From: Lachnospiraceae bacterium
GTDB lineage: Bacteria; Bacillota; Clostridia; Lachnospirales; Lachnospiraceae
DNA length: 64,000 bases
Assembly (NCBI GenBank): GCA_017622845.1
Contig: JAGAQJ010000002.1
Coordinates: 11,830-75,829, forward strand
Direction: 5' to 3'
The notes under the pieces were generated by a model. That model made no database searches, was not told the origin of the DNA, and worked only from the letters and a program-made list of their open reading frames with translations. Position numbers and translations under genes: made by a program. Positions 25,424 to 33,459 of this stretch are shown piece after piece; position 1 is the first letter of the stretch; every line of letters starts with the position of its first letter.

Positions 25424-26581
25424 ATGAAAAAGAAATCTATGGTGGCAGTTTTGGCAGCAGCAGCATTGACTGCTGTGCTGATTTCGGGCTGCGGAGAGAG
25501 AACGGACGGGAATGTGGCTGTGGAGGAGTCTGAGGTTTGGACAGGGTGTGTGGAAGGCTGTGCCTGTACAAACTGCATCTGCTGTGGGACGACGCAGCAA
25601 AGTGCTCCTGTGGAGGCTGCCGCAGAGTCAGAGCCGGAGAGTACACTTGTGCAGCAGCCGGAAAGCACGGACATAAGCGCGCAGGAGCAGCCGGATACGC
25701 AGGAGACACAGGCTGAGACAGGAGAAGGAAAGGAGACACCGGAGAAGATATCGGAGCTGTCTGAGGGAGAACTTCAGGCAAGGAGAGAACAGCAGGCTAA
25801 TTTTGCCGAGGCGCGCGAGACGCTGTACGGGCTTGCGGATTCACAGGATAAAACAACGAAAATCAATCAGATGGACAGGCAGATTCTTGCCAATAATGCC
25901 TATGATTTCAGTCAGAAAAATATTGTATTTATCGGAGACAGCATTACGGAGGGCATTACCAGTGCAGTGGATGACAACGGCAATTTTGTAAGCTATGTTA
26001 CATATGTCAACTCTTACCTTCATTTTAACAGGGTGCTTAATCATGGTAAGGGAGGCAGGATGTTTGCCGATTATGCGGACGCGGAGCTGTCGCTTGCTTT
26101 GAATTTCAGCAATGTCACGAACAACAGTTCGGATATTATTGTTGTGTTTGCAGGTGTGAATGATTTTCTGAGTGCGCCGGAAAATAAACGTTTCGGCAAT
26201 ATCGATGATACGGTGAGCACAGCAGGCTACTGCGGCGCCGTTCGGTATTTTATGAGGCAGCTTAAGGAGACATACGGAGACAAGGAAATCTTTTTTGTGA
26301 CAATGTATAATATATCAAAAACAGCGCCGTGCACTTATTCTGACTATGACGGCCAGCCGACGCTGGGGGATTATATGGAGGTGCAGCGCAGGCTTGCCGG
26401 GGAATACGGCTTCCATATTATAGAGCTGTACGATATCGGATTTATGGACTGCTCGACGCAGGAGTCCTCCGATTATTATCTGAGAGACGGGCTTCACCCC
26501 AAGGATAACGGAAATATTGTGCTGGGTGAGCATATTGCGGCTGAGCTGTCGCTTTATTTCAGCCAGAAGGAAAGTAACTGA
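25424..26581 (+). CDS. Lipoprotein with an SGNH/GDSL hydrolase domain
   Basis: The lipobox is VLISGCGE. A low-complexity E/Q/T linker follows. SGNH block I is IVFIGDSITEG and block V-like is RDGLHPKDNG. Confidence 0.7.
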   Translation: MKKKSMVAVLAAAALTAVLISGCGERTDGNVAVEESEVWTGCVEGCACTNCICCGTTQQSAPVEAAAESEPESTLVQQPESTDISAQEQPDTQETQAETGEGKETPEKISELSEGELQARREQQANFAEARETLYGLADSQDKTTKINQMDRQILANNAYDFSQKNIVFIGDSITEGITSAVDDNGNFVSYVTYVNSYLHFNRVLNHGKGGRMFADYADAELSLALNFSNVTNNSSDIIVVFAGVNDFLSAPENKRFGNIDDTVSTAGYCGAVRYFMRQLKETYGDKEIFFVTMYNISKTAPCTYSDYDGQPTLGDYMEVQRRLAGEYGFHIIELYDIGFMDCSTQESSDYYLRDGLHPKDNGNIVLGEHIAAELSLYFSQKESN

Positions 26582-26597
26582 TAGGAGAAATAATCAG

Positions 26598-27644
26598 GTG
26601 GAGATTATAAGGTGGGCAATACTGCTGGTTCTGGTCCTGCCGGTACCATTTTTTCTGGGATTTATACCTGTAAAGCATATGAATAGCTTACAAAGGACAC
26701 CCGCAATGACTTATGTCTGCGGGTGGTTTGTGAGCTTTTTTCTGTTTGAAGTGACAGCAGTTCCTTTTATTTTGCTTGAGAAGAGCTTTACTATGGTAGT
26801 GGCTGTGTATACGTGCATCATCGCAGTGCTGCTTTTGATTTCCTTGTGGCAGGGGAGGGAGTTGTGGAAGGATTATGCCCAGACTGTCAGGAGGGCTTTG
26901 GAATTGCCCGGATATGTGAAGCTTGGCTGGGCGGTTGTCGTGCTGCTGATTCTTTTCCAGATGTTCTATGCTGTAAGGTATGAGTATTATGACGGCGATG
27001 ATGCGTATTATATTGCGACCTCTGTCCTTACGGATACATTTGATTCCATGTATCTGAGAGACGCATATACCGGATACCTTTATCCGCTGGATATAAGACA
27101 TGCCTTTTCGCCGACCCCAATCTATCAGGCATGGCTGTCAAGACTCAGCGGCATTGCTCCGGCTGTGGTGGCGCACACGGTGCTGGCGCCTGTCTGGCTC
27201 CTGTTTATGTACTGCATTTATGCACAGATTGGCAACAGGCTTCTGTGGAACAAAAGAAGCTACAGACCTGTATTTATGCTGCTGATTACCCTGTGGTTTT
27301 CATTTGGAAACATCTCGCTGTATACGTCTGAGACTTTTGCCATGACGAGAACATGGCAGGGAAAGGGACTGATGGCAGGCATGGTGGTTCCGGCTCTGTT
27401 CCTGTGTCTGATTTATCTGGCACAGGAGAAGGCAAGCCGCGGAATCTGGATGCTGTTTGTATGTGTCTGTCTGTCGGCGGTTTTTGCAACAAGCGTATCA
27501 TTTATGCTGATACCGACAGTGACAGGCGCAGCCGCAGTACTGACAGGCGTCAGGAACAGGAGCCTGCGCCATGCCGCAAAAGTGTTTGCATGCTGCATTC
27601 CGTGCCTGCTTCTGGCAGTGTGTTATTTGCTGGCTGCCCGATAG
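26598..27644 (+). CDS. Polytopic membrane protein, GT-C-like candidate (family not securely recognised)
   Basis: The start is taken at GTG 26598 (AGGAG 9 nt upstream), because the track start at 26517 overlaps the previous gene. It has ~10 TM helices and an acidic loop motif YYDGDDAYYIATS after TM helices 3-4. Confidence 0.5.
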   Translation: MEIIRWAILLVLVLPVPFFLGFIPVKHMNSLQRTPAMTYVCGWFVSFFLFEVTAVPFILLEKSFTMVVAVYTCIIAVLLLISLWQGRELWKDYAQTVRRALELPGYVKLGWAVVVLLILFQMFYAVRYEYYDGDDAYYIATSVLTDTFDSMYLRDAYTGYLYPLDIRHAFSPTPIYQAWLSRLSGIAPAVVAHTVLAPVWLLFMYCIYAQIGNRLLWNKRSYRPVFMLLITLWFSFGNISLYTSETFAMTRTWQGKGLMAGMVVPALFLCLIYLAQEKASRGIWMLFVCVCLSAVFATSVSFMLIPTVTGAAAVLTGVRNRSLRHAAKVFACCIPCLLLAVCYLLAAR

Positions 27645-27682
27645 CATGCCGGTATAGTATGCTGAATGCCGCATGCAAATAA

Positions 27683-28579
27683 TTGCATACGCAAGACAGT
27701 CTGATGGTTTGTTCATCAAGGAGAGGGGAACAATTCTTGGATAGGATATGGAATAATATGGTTTCAGCGATGAAAACAATTATCGAGGATGTAATTTTAT
27801 ATAACAACAAGAGTTTTTTGATACCGCTGTTTTTGATTGCATTGTTATTTTTGTGGATTACGGAGAAAGACAAAAAGCTGCGGGTGGCACTTGTGTATCT
27901 TGCGGCAGCGCTTACCGCAGTCTTTTTATGTCCGCTGTATGCATGGATTGGAATGAAGGTGGATGAGGAAATTTATTACCGCGTGATATGGGCGCTTCCC
28001 ATCGGCGTGCTTGTCTGCTATAGTGCAGTAAAGCTGATGATTCGTTTTCGTTCGCTTGTGTCAAAATCAATTGTATTTGTATTGACTGTTCTGGTCATTA
28101 TCATAAACGGTGACTGTGTGTATACCAATACGCTTCATTTCAAGTCGGTCAATGAGTACCATATTCCGCAGCAGGTCATTGATGTGGCAGATGCACTCAG
28201 GCTTGACAATTATAAGCCGATTGCAGTCCTTCCGGCAGAATTGCTGCCGTTTTTCCGGCAGTATACGGCAGATATTTTTACGCCCTATGGCAGAAATATT
28301 CTGGAGCCTGCATGGAGCTTCCGGAGTGATTTATACGATGCCATGGAAGGCGATAGTACTGCATATGATGTGGAAGAAGTGGCAAGATGTGCCCGCAATA
28401 ACCATTGCGCATTTGTCGTGCTTTCCTGTGCAAAGCAGATGAAAGGAAGCATGGAGGAGCAGGGATATTTCCTGTTCAAATTTGTTCAGGGATATTATAT
28501 CTATATGGACTATAATTATTACTGGGTATACAAGGAGCAGGGGCTTCTTGACGCAGATGTGCTTGAGGCAGGAGGATGA
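27683..28579 (+). CDS. Membrane protein (about 4 TM helices) with a ~180 aa soluble C-terminal domain
   Basis: The likely true start is TTG 27737 or ATG 27758, after the AAGGAGAGGGG RBS. The hydrophobic N-terminus is followed by a globular part (HIPQQVIDVADALRLDNYKPIAVLP...). Together with the previous ORF it resembles the TM-plus-globular layout of a GT-C. Confidence 0.45.
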   Translation: MHTQDSLMVCSSRRGEQFLDRIWNNMVSAMKTIIEDVILYNNKSFLIPLFLIALLFLWITEKDKKLRVALVYLAAALTAVFLCPLYAWIGMKVDEEIYYRVIWALPIGVLVCYSAVKLMIRFRSLVSKSIVFVLTVLVIIINGDCVYTNTLHFKSVNEYHIPQQVIDVADALRLDNYKPIAVLPAELLPFFRQYTADIFTPYGRNILEPAWSFRSDLYDAMEGDSTAYDVEEVARCARNNHCAFVVLSCAKQMKGSMEEQGYFLFKFVQGYYIYMDYNYYWVYKEQGLLDADVLEAGG

Positions 28580-28583
28580 TACT

Positions 28584-28964
28584 GTGAAGAAGCTGAAAAA
28601 AGTGAAAAATGTGGTTTTGCTGCAGGGTGTCATTATGATTTATACCATTTCAAGCGTTATGTCGAAGGAAGCGTCTGCCAGTAAGGGAGATGCCGTTCGT
28701 TTTTTGTTCTTTTTCGGCATGGAGTTTGTGATTCTTGGAATCTATGCTGTTTTGTGGCAGCAGATGATCAAAAGATTTGAGCTTTCTGTCGCCTATGCAA
28801 ACCGTTCCATGGCAGTCGTATGGTCTATGGTATGGGCAGTTATCTTTTTTCATGATACCATCACAATAAAAAATGCCGTCGGCGTTTTGCTTGTTGTGAC
28901 AGGGACTGTTATTATCAATACAGATACAGACAATATTGCTGAAAAGGAGAGAGCAGATGATTAG
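28584..28964 (+). CDS. Small 4-TM EamA/SMR-like protein, ArnE/ArnF-type flippase subunit candidate
   Basis: The GTG start at 28584 follows a GGAGGA RBS. It is 126 aa with four hydrophobic helices and is paired with a second similar gene. Confidence 0.55.
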   Translation: MKKLKKVKNVVLLQGVIMIYTISSVMSKEASASKGDAVRFLFFFGMEFVILGIYAVLWQQMIKRFELSVAYANRSMAVVWSMVWAVIFFHDTITIKNAVGVLLVVTGTVIINTDTDNIAEKERADD

Positions 28965-29295
28965 CAGATTTATGCTTGTTATGTTTTTGTCAGTAATTTT
29001 GGCGTCAGTGTCACAGGTACTTCTGAAAAAGAGTGCAATGAGCCGCTACAACAGTGTGATTAGAGAATATTTGAATTGGAAGGTGACAGGCGGGTATGGA
29101 CTGCTTTTCTGCTCCATGCTTTTGACAATCTATGCCTACAGCGGCATGGAGTACAAAAACGGTCCTGTTATTGAGTCGCTTGGCAATGTGATTGTACTGG
29201 TTTTGAGTTATTTTATCTTTGGGGAGAAGATTAACGGCAGAAAGCTTGCAGGGATTGCGTGCATTATGGCAGGAATTGTGGTTTTCAATTTGTAA
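28957..29295 (+). CDS. Small 4-TM EamA/SMR-like protein, second subunit candidate
   Basis: The ATG at 28957 overlaps the upstream stop, after an AAGGAGAG RBS. It is 112 aa. The text SVSQVLLKKSA...GEKINGRKLAGIACIMAGIVVF is typical of half-EamA proteins. Confidence 0.55.
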   Translation: MISRFMLVMFLSVILASVSQVLLKKSAMSRYNSVIREYLNWKVTGGYGLLFCSMLLTIYAYSGMEYKNGPVIESLGNVIVLVLSYFIFGEKINGRKLAGIACIMAGIVVFNL

Positions 29296-29484
29296 CGCTG
29301 CCAGGTTACTGTTCACACCCAATTTTATTTCGAACATGTATCTGTGTTGTCGGTGTGAACAGCAACATTTATGCACACAAAATGCTAAAGAGCAAGCATT
29401 TTGGCGCATGATTCTCTCTGCTTTGATGTACAAGTGAACAGTAACGCTACCAAAACTTACATATGAATATATGCAAAAAACAAG

Positions 29485-29513
29485 TTGAGAGATGAGGACG
29501 GTTTTGCTATAAT
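29485..29513 (+). promoter_or_regulatory. Sigma-A-type promoter (TTGAGA-17 nt-TATAAT)
   Basis: TTGAGA lies at 29485-29490 and TATAAT at 29508-29513, about 90 nt upstream of the muramidase start at 29600. Confidence 0.5.
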
Positions 29514-29514
29514 T

Positions 29515-29534
29515 GTTACGTAAAAGTTACGTAA
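29515..29534 (+). promoter_or_regulatory. Tandem palindromic operator-like sites GTTACGTAA x2 (11-bp period)
   Basis: GTTACGTAA occurs at 29515-29523 and 29526-29534. Each contains the perfect palindrome TTACGTAA. The sites overlap the predicted transcription start. Confidence 0.4.
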
Positions 29535-29599
29535 CTGTTAAATAGGCACGCATTTTAGGGAAAATCGAAGAGAAGGAGGAGAGCCGGACGGCATAGGTA

Positions 29600-32500
29600 A
29601 TGAAAAACAAAAAGAAATTTGGGTTATTTGGAACAAATAAAAGAAAAGCAGTAAGAAACACTGATCAATATACAGAAGAATTTTATGATGAAGATTTCCG
29701 GGAGCAGGAGGACAATGAGGCAGAGCATGATGAAGACGAGTATATCGTGGATTATCCAGGCACCAGGGAATATGATGCCGATGACATACAGGATCATGCC
29801 GATAACGCATATGATGCTGAACGCGGAGCAGAAGAATGCGGACAGGATCAGTTCGAAGCAGAAGAATATGAGCAGGACAGCTTTGAGGCGGAAGAATACG
29901 AGCAGGACAGCTTTGAGACAGAGGCGTACGAGCAGACTGTATTTGAATCAGAAACATATGAGCAGGACAGCTTCGAACAGGAAGAGGACGAAGCCTCATT
30001 TGATACACAGGTGTATTTGGGGCAGCAGTACCAGGCGCAAGATTATGCTGAGGACACAGAAAGCTATTACGAAGATACTGAGGAGGACGATGATAATCAG
30101 GAGGAAGATTATGAGTCCGATGCATATTATGATGATGAATATGATGACGATGAATATGATGATGACACTTATGATACGTCATATGGTGATGTGAACGGCA
30201 ATTATGATGATGATATTGCCGCTTTCGGGTCATCTCATACGGCGGCAGGGAGCATGGAGGCTTTTGGAACAAAGATTAAGAACTGGATAAGCAATATGAC
30301 AGCTTTTGATGCGGTTCTTGCATCGACCGGTGTTGTTCTGGTGGTGGCGGCTGTTGTGATTTTCAGTATGTTTCTGCAGTCAAGGCACATTAATAAGCAG
30401 ATTGAAGCGATTGCACCCTTAGGCAGTGAACTGACAAGCATAGGGGTAGTCGGTGAAGAGGGACTTCTTGCCATGGCAGATGCGGCGCTCTCCGGCAATT
30501 TTGAGGAGGAGTTAAGCACAGAGGAGCTTTCTTCGCTGGAAGTGATGGATGATACAGAGTCAAGCAAGGTGAATGTAAGCTTTGTGTCCGTAGAAAAGGA
30601 TTTAAAGATACGGTTTACTGATGCAGCAACAGGAGAACTGATTACGGGTACTGCTTTTGAGGTTACACTGACGAATGCAAAAGGAAAAAAGCTTGTGCTG
30701 ACAGATGATGACATGGACGGCGTGATTTATGCACAGAATGTCAATGCAGGAGTGTTTGACGCGATAGTGACTTCAACAGATAAGTATAAGTTCCCTTCCG
30801 TGGCACAGCAGGTTACCGTCAAGGATAAGGTTGAGTATGTGGTAATCAATGTGCAGGACGAAGTCAAAAAAGAGACACAGGTAAATGTGGCGGCAGAGGA
30901 TACGCAGAAAAATGACGCAGCAAATGAGGCGGAGACGCTTAAGGACACGGTTGAGTGGGTGGAATCCACCAAGACACCCGTAAGCGGCTCGGAAAGTTAT
31001 CTGCTTGTGGATAAGACGACCATTGCAGACCCGTCACAGACATCAAAGGCGGCAGCCAGAATGCTGTTTGATACCCTGAATGTTTCTCTTGACAAGTCTG
31101 AGGTTACGCTGAGCGTAGGAGCAGGCACAGAGTTGAAGGGAACAGAGTTTACGGATTCCAAGGACGGCGATGTGGAATATCAGTATACAACCGAATGGAA
31201 GTCGTCGGATGATGCAGTGGCGTCAGTAAGCGGCGGCAAGGTGACGGCAAAAGCCGAAGGAACAGCGACCATCACTTACACGGTTACCAGAAAGACCATT
31301 ACCACAACGTCTGACAACACAGCGCCGGTAGAGGAAACTTTGGAGATTTCGATTGATAAGTATGATAAGCTGCCAGGCGGGGAACAGGCAAACTGTACGC
31401 CAATCAAGAATGAAGAAGGGCAGGTGACAGGCTACTCTTACAGGAAGGTAACACAGCCTGATAAAAAGACAAGCGAGACGACAGAGACTGCAAGCGCGGA
31501 ATGCAAAGTGACAGTCGAAGCAGCTAAGATTACTTCGGGAAGCCTTGAGCTTTCCAAAAGCGCTGACAGCTGTGCGGCCGGAGCTTCATTGACGGTAAAG
31601 CCTTCTAAGCTTGTATATACAAAGCAGGACGGAAGTACACAGACAGTGACAGATAATTTCCCGGCTATAAAATGGGAGAGCAGCGATAAGTCTGTTGCAA
31701 CGGTTGATGATAAGGGCGTAGTGACTGGAGTGAAGGCAGGAAAGGCGACCATTACAGGAAAGGTTTCCGGTGTCAAGGGAGCTGACGGCAATGAGCTTAA
31801 CATCAGCAGCAGCGCAGAGGTCAGCATTACAGATGCGGATGAACTTGCGCTTGCACTGGACAGGACAAAGGATGTATATCTTGCTGTAGGAGGTACAACG
31901 ACGCTTGTCGCAACCGTATCAAATTATAAGTCTGATTCCGGTGTTACATGGGAGACATCAGATTCGAAGGTGGCGACAGTTGATGAGAAGGGTACTGTGA
32001 CAGGCGTTGCAGCAGGAAGCGCAACGATTACTGCTGTAACAAAAGAGAAAAATGCGGCAGGAAATCAGGTGAAAGCAGCCTGTGTGGTTACAGTCAACTC
32101 CAATGCGTCAAGCGATACAACGACAAAGCTCAAAGATAAGAACGGCAATCAGATTTATATTAAAAACGAAGACGGAACCTACAAGGAAGCCGTTTATGCG
32201 GATTATTTCACGAATTCCGAGTTTTATATCATGTCGCAGGCAAAGTATTTTTATACAGGCTGGCAGACAATTGACGGAAAGACTTACTTCTACGATAAAA
32301 ACGGAAATCCTGTTACAGGAACGCAGATTATTCAGGGAGTTACGTACAACTTCGGCGCTGACGGCGCCATCGCAACAACAGTAAACGGTTCCACATTCGG
32401 CATTGACGTATCAAGACATAACGGAACGATTGACTGGAATGCGGTAAAGGCATCAGGTGTTGACTATGTGATTATCCGCTGCGGTTACAGAGGTTCTTCG

Positions 32501-32983
32501 ACAGGCGCCTTGATTGAGGATCAGAATTTCAGAGCCAATATCAAAGGAGCTACGGCAGCAGGATTAAAGGTGGGAGTATATGTATTCTCGCAGGCAGTCA
32601 ATGAAGTTGAGGCGGTGAAGGAAGCATCGCTTGCAGTAAGCCTTGTAAAAGGATACAATCTTACATATCCGATTTTCATTGATACGGAGTCCAGCGGCGG
32701 AAGAGCGGATAAGATTGACAAGGCAACACGTACTGCCGTGGTAAATGCGTTCTGCCAGACCGTTGCAAGTGCAGGCTACAAACCAGGTATCTATGCATCA
32801 AAAACATGGTTTGAGGACAAACTGAATATGGGAGCAATCGGAAATTACAAGATATGGCTCGCACAGTATTCGTCAGCGCCTACTTATAAGGGCAGATATG
32901 ATATGTGGCAGTATTCATGCAAGGGAAAAATCAGCGGAATCAAAGGAGATGTCGACTTAAATTACAGCTATCTCGGATATTAA
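29600..32983 (+). CDS. Large membrane-anchored cell-wall hydrolase: acidic repeat-rich N-terminal tail, TM helix, Big_2-type Ig domains, cell-wall-binding repeats, C-terminal GH25 muramidase
   Basis: Residues 1-235 are D/E/Y-rich. The TM helix is FDAVLASTGVVLVVAAVVIFSMF. Repeated Ig-like blocks follow (SSD..VATVD.KGVVTGV.AG.ATIT). The CW_binding_1-like repeat is YFYTGWQTIDGKTYFYDKNGNPVTG. The GH25 domain reads [32 protein letters not shown]...DMWQYS...GDVDLNYSY. Confidence 0.85.
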   Translation: MKNKKKFGLFGTNKRKAVRNTDQYTEEFYDEDFREQEDNEAEHDEDEYIVDYPGTREYDADDIQDHADNAYDAERGAEECGQDQFEAEEYEQDSFEAEEYEQDSFETEAYEQTVFESETYEQDSFEQEEDEASFDTQVYLGQQYQAQDYAEDTESYYEDTEEDDDNQEEDYESDAYYDDEYDDDEYDDDTYDTSYGDVNGNYDDDIAAFGSSHTAAGSMEAFGTKIKNWISNMTAFDAVLASTGVVLVVAAVVIFSMFLQSRHINKQIEAIAPLGSELTSIGVVGEEGLLAMADAALSGNFEEELSTEELSSLEVMDDTESSKVNVSFVSVEKDLKIRFTDAATGELITGTAFEVTLTNAKGKKLVLTDDDMDGVIYAQNVNAGVFDAIVTSTDKYKFPSVAQQVTVKDKVEYVVINVQDEVKKETQVNVAAEDTQKNDAANEAETLKDTVEWVESTKTPVSGSESYLLVDKTTIADPSQTSKAAARMLFDTLNVSLDKSEVTLSVGAGTELKGTEFTDSKDGDVEYQYTTEWKSSDDAVASVSGGKVTAKAEGTATITYTVTRKTITTTSDNTAPVEETLEISIDKYDKLPGGEQANCTPIKNEEGQVTGYSYRKVTQPDKKTSETTETASAECKVTVEAAKITSGSLELSKSADSCAAGASLTVKPSKLVYTKQDGSTQTVTDNFPAIKWESSDKSVATVDDKGVVTGVKAGKATITGKVSGVKGADGNELNISSSAEVSITDADELALALDRTKDVYLAVGGTTTLVATVSNYKSDSGVTWETSDSKVATVDEKGTVTGVAAGSATITAVTKEKNAAGNQVKAACVVTVNSNASSDTTTKLKDKNGNQIYIKNEDGTYKEAVYADYFTNSEFYIMSQAKYFYTGWQTIDGKTYFYDKNGNPVTGTQIIQGVTYNFGADGAIATTVNGSTFGIDVSRHNGTIDWNAVKASGVDYVIIRCGYRGSSTGALIEDQNFRANIKGATAAGLKVGVYVFSQAVNEVEAVKEASLAVSLVKGYNLTYPIFIDTESSGGRADKIDKATRTAVVNAFCQTVASAGYKPGIYASKTWFEDKLNMGAIGNYKIWLAQYSSAPTYKGRYDMWQYSCKGKISGIKGDVDLNYSYLGY
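29831..29980 (+). repeat. Five tandem 30-nt (10-aa) coding repeats, consensus EEYEQDSFEA
   Basis: The units are 29831-29860, 29861-29890, 29891-29920, 29921-29950 and 29951-29980. The middle units are nearly identical (GAAGAATAYGAGCAGGACAGCTTTGAG...). Confidence 0.85.
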
Positions 32984-33026
32984 ATATACCAGCATAAGCC
33001 GTATGGATTATTTTAGCCGGGACGAA

Positions 33027-33251
33027 GGTCGGCAGTCCTATGCTGGTACAGGCGATTGGACTCCGAATGCGAATTTTCTAATGGGTGATGCCAAAGTCTT
33101 TGAATGCGTCCGCGACCGGACTCTACGCGCCGTCCATGGACGCGTTTCGTCCTAAATCCGCGTCCATGCGGATTTTTGCGTGTGTATCGAATCACCCATA
33201 AGAAAATGTCAGCATTCTCCGCCAGCCTGTACTGGCATAGGACTGCCGACC
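33027..33251 (+). ncRNA. ~225-nt long imperfect hairpin / structured noncoding element of unknown class
   Basis: The 26-nt arms are GGTCGGCAGTCCTATGCTGGTACAGG (33027-33052) and CCTGTACTGGCATAGGACTGCCGACC (33226-33251). They pair perfectly if two G-U pairs are allowed, which works only on the + strand RNA. Further inner pairing exists (ATGGGTGAT/ATCACCCAT). An internal terminator-like hairpin lies at 33154-33177. The ORFs here look non-coding. Confidence 0.4.
33154..33177 (+). terminator. Terminator-like hairpin inside the structured element
   Basis: AAATCCGC-GTCCAT-GCGGATTT is followed by TT(G). Confidence 0.4.
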
Positions 33252-33278
33252 TTCTGTGTACTGACAACTGTTCCATTT

Positions 33279-33361
33279 TATGGTTTCACTGAACAGAAAA
33301 CTGCAGGATACTATCTGCAGTTTTCGTCCGGCTGGAAATGCATAAAAGGCTGAACTGTTAC
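33279..33361 (+). repeat. ~83-nt intergenic repeat (module 4 plus a half module 3)
   Basis: This is the second copy of the element at 17078-17167. It has a perfect 11-bp stem GAAAACTGCAG/CTGCAGTTTTC and ends in GGCTGAACTGTTAC. Confidence 0.75.
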
Positions 33362-33391
33362 ACATTAAATACGATTCTGCGCTATATGTGC

Positions 33392-33420
33392 TTGCATTAT
33401 TCCTGATTTTGGGATAAAAT
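33392..33420 (+). promoter_or_regulatory. Candidate promoter for the rfb operon (TTGCAT-17 nt-TAAAAT)
   Basis: TTGCAT lies at 33392-33397 and TAAAAT at 33415-33420, 40 nt upstream of the rfbB start. Confidence 0.45.
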
Positions 33421-33459
33421 TAGGCAAGCGATACAATACATGTTGGAGGTATATATTTC

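Noticed and set aside
27645-27736. I considered whether 26598-27644 and 27683-28579 are one gene broken by a frameshift (a pseudogene).
   Set aside because: The gap has its own strong RBS and a stop in a clean context, and two frames would need repair. I prefer two genes, but the possibility is kept open as a finding.
29538-30272. A 244-aa minus-strand ORF with striking His-rich runs (HHHNCRSHHHMTYHKCHHHIHRHHIHHH).
   Set aside because: It is the reverse complement of the GAT/GAA/TAT-rich acidic repeat region of the muramidase gene (ATC/ATG/ATA read as H/I/M). It is a composition artefact, not a metal-binding protein.
33013-33292. Two small ORFs (87 aa on the minus strand, 62 aa on the plus strand) in the muramidase-rfbB gap.
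   Set aside because: They have R/P/C/W-rich implausible composition and no RBS. They coincide with the long hairpin arms, so I interpret the region as structured noncoding sequence instead.
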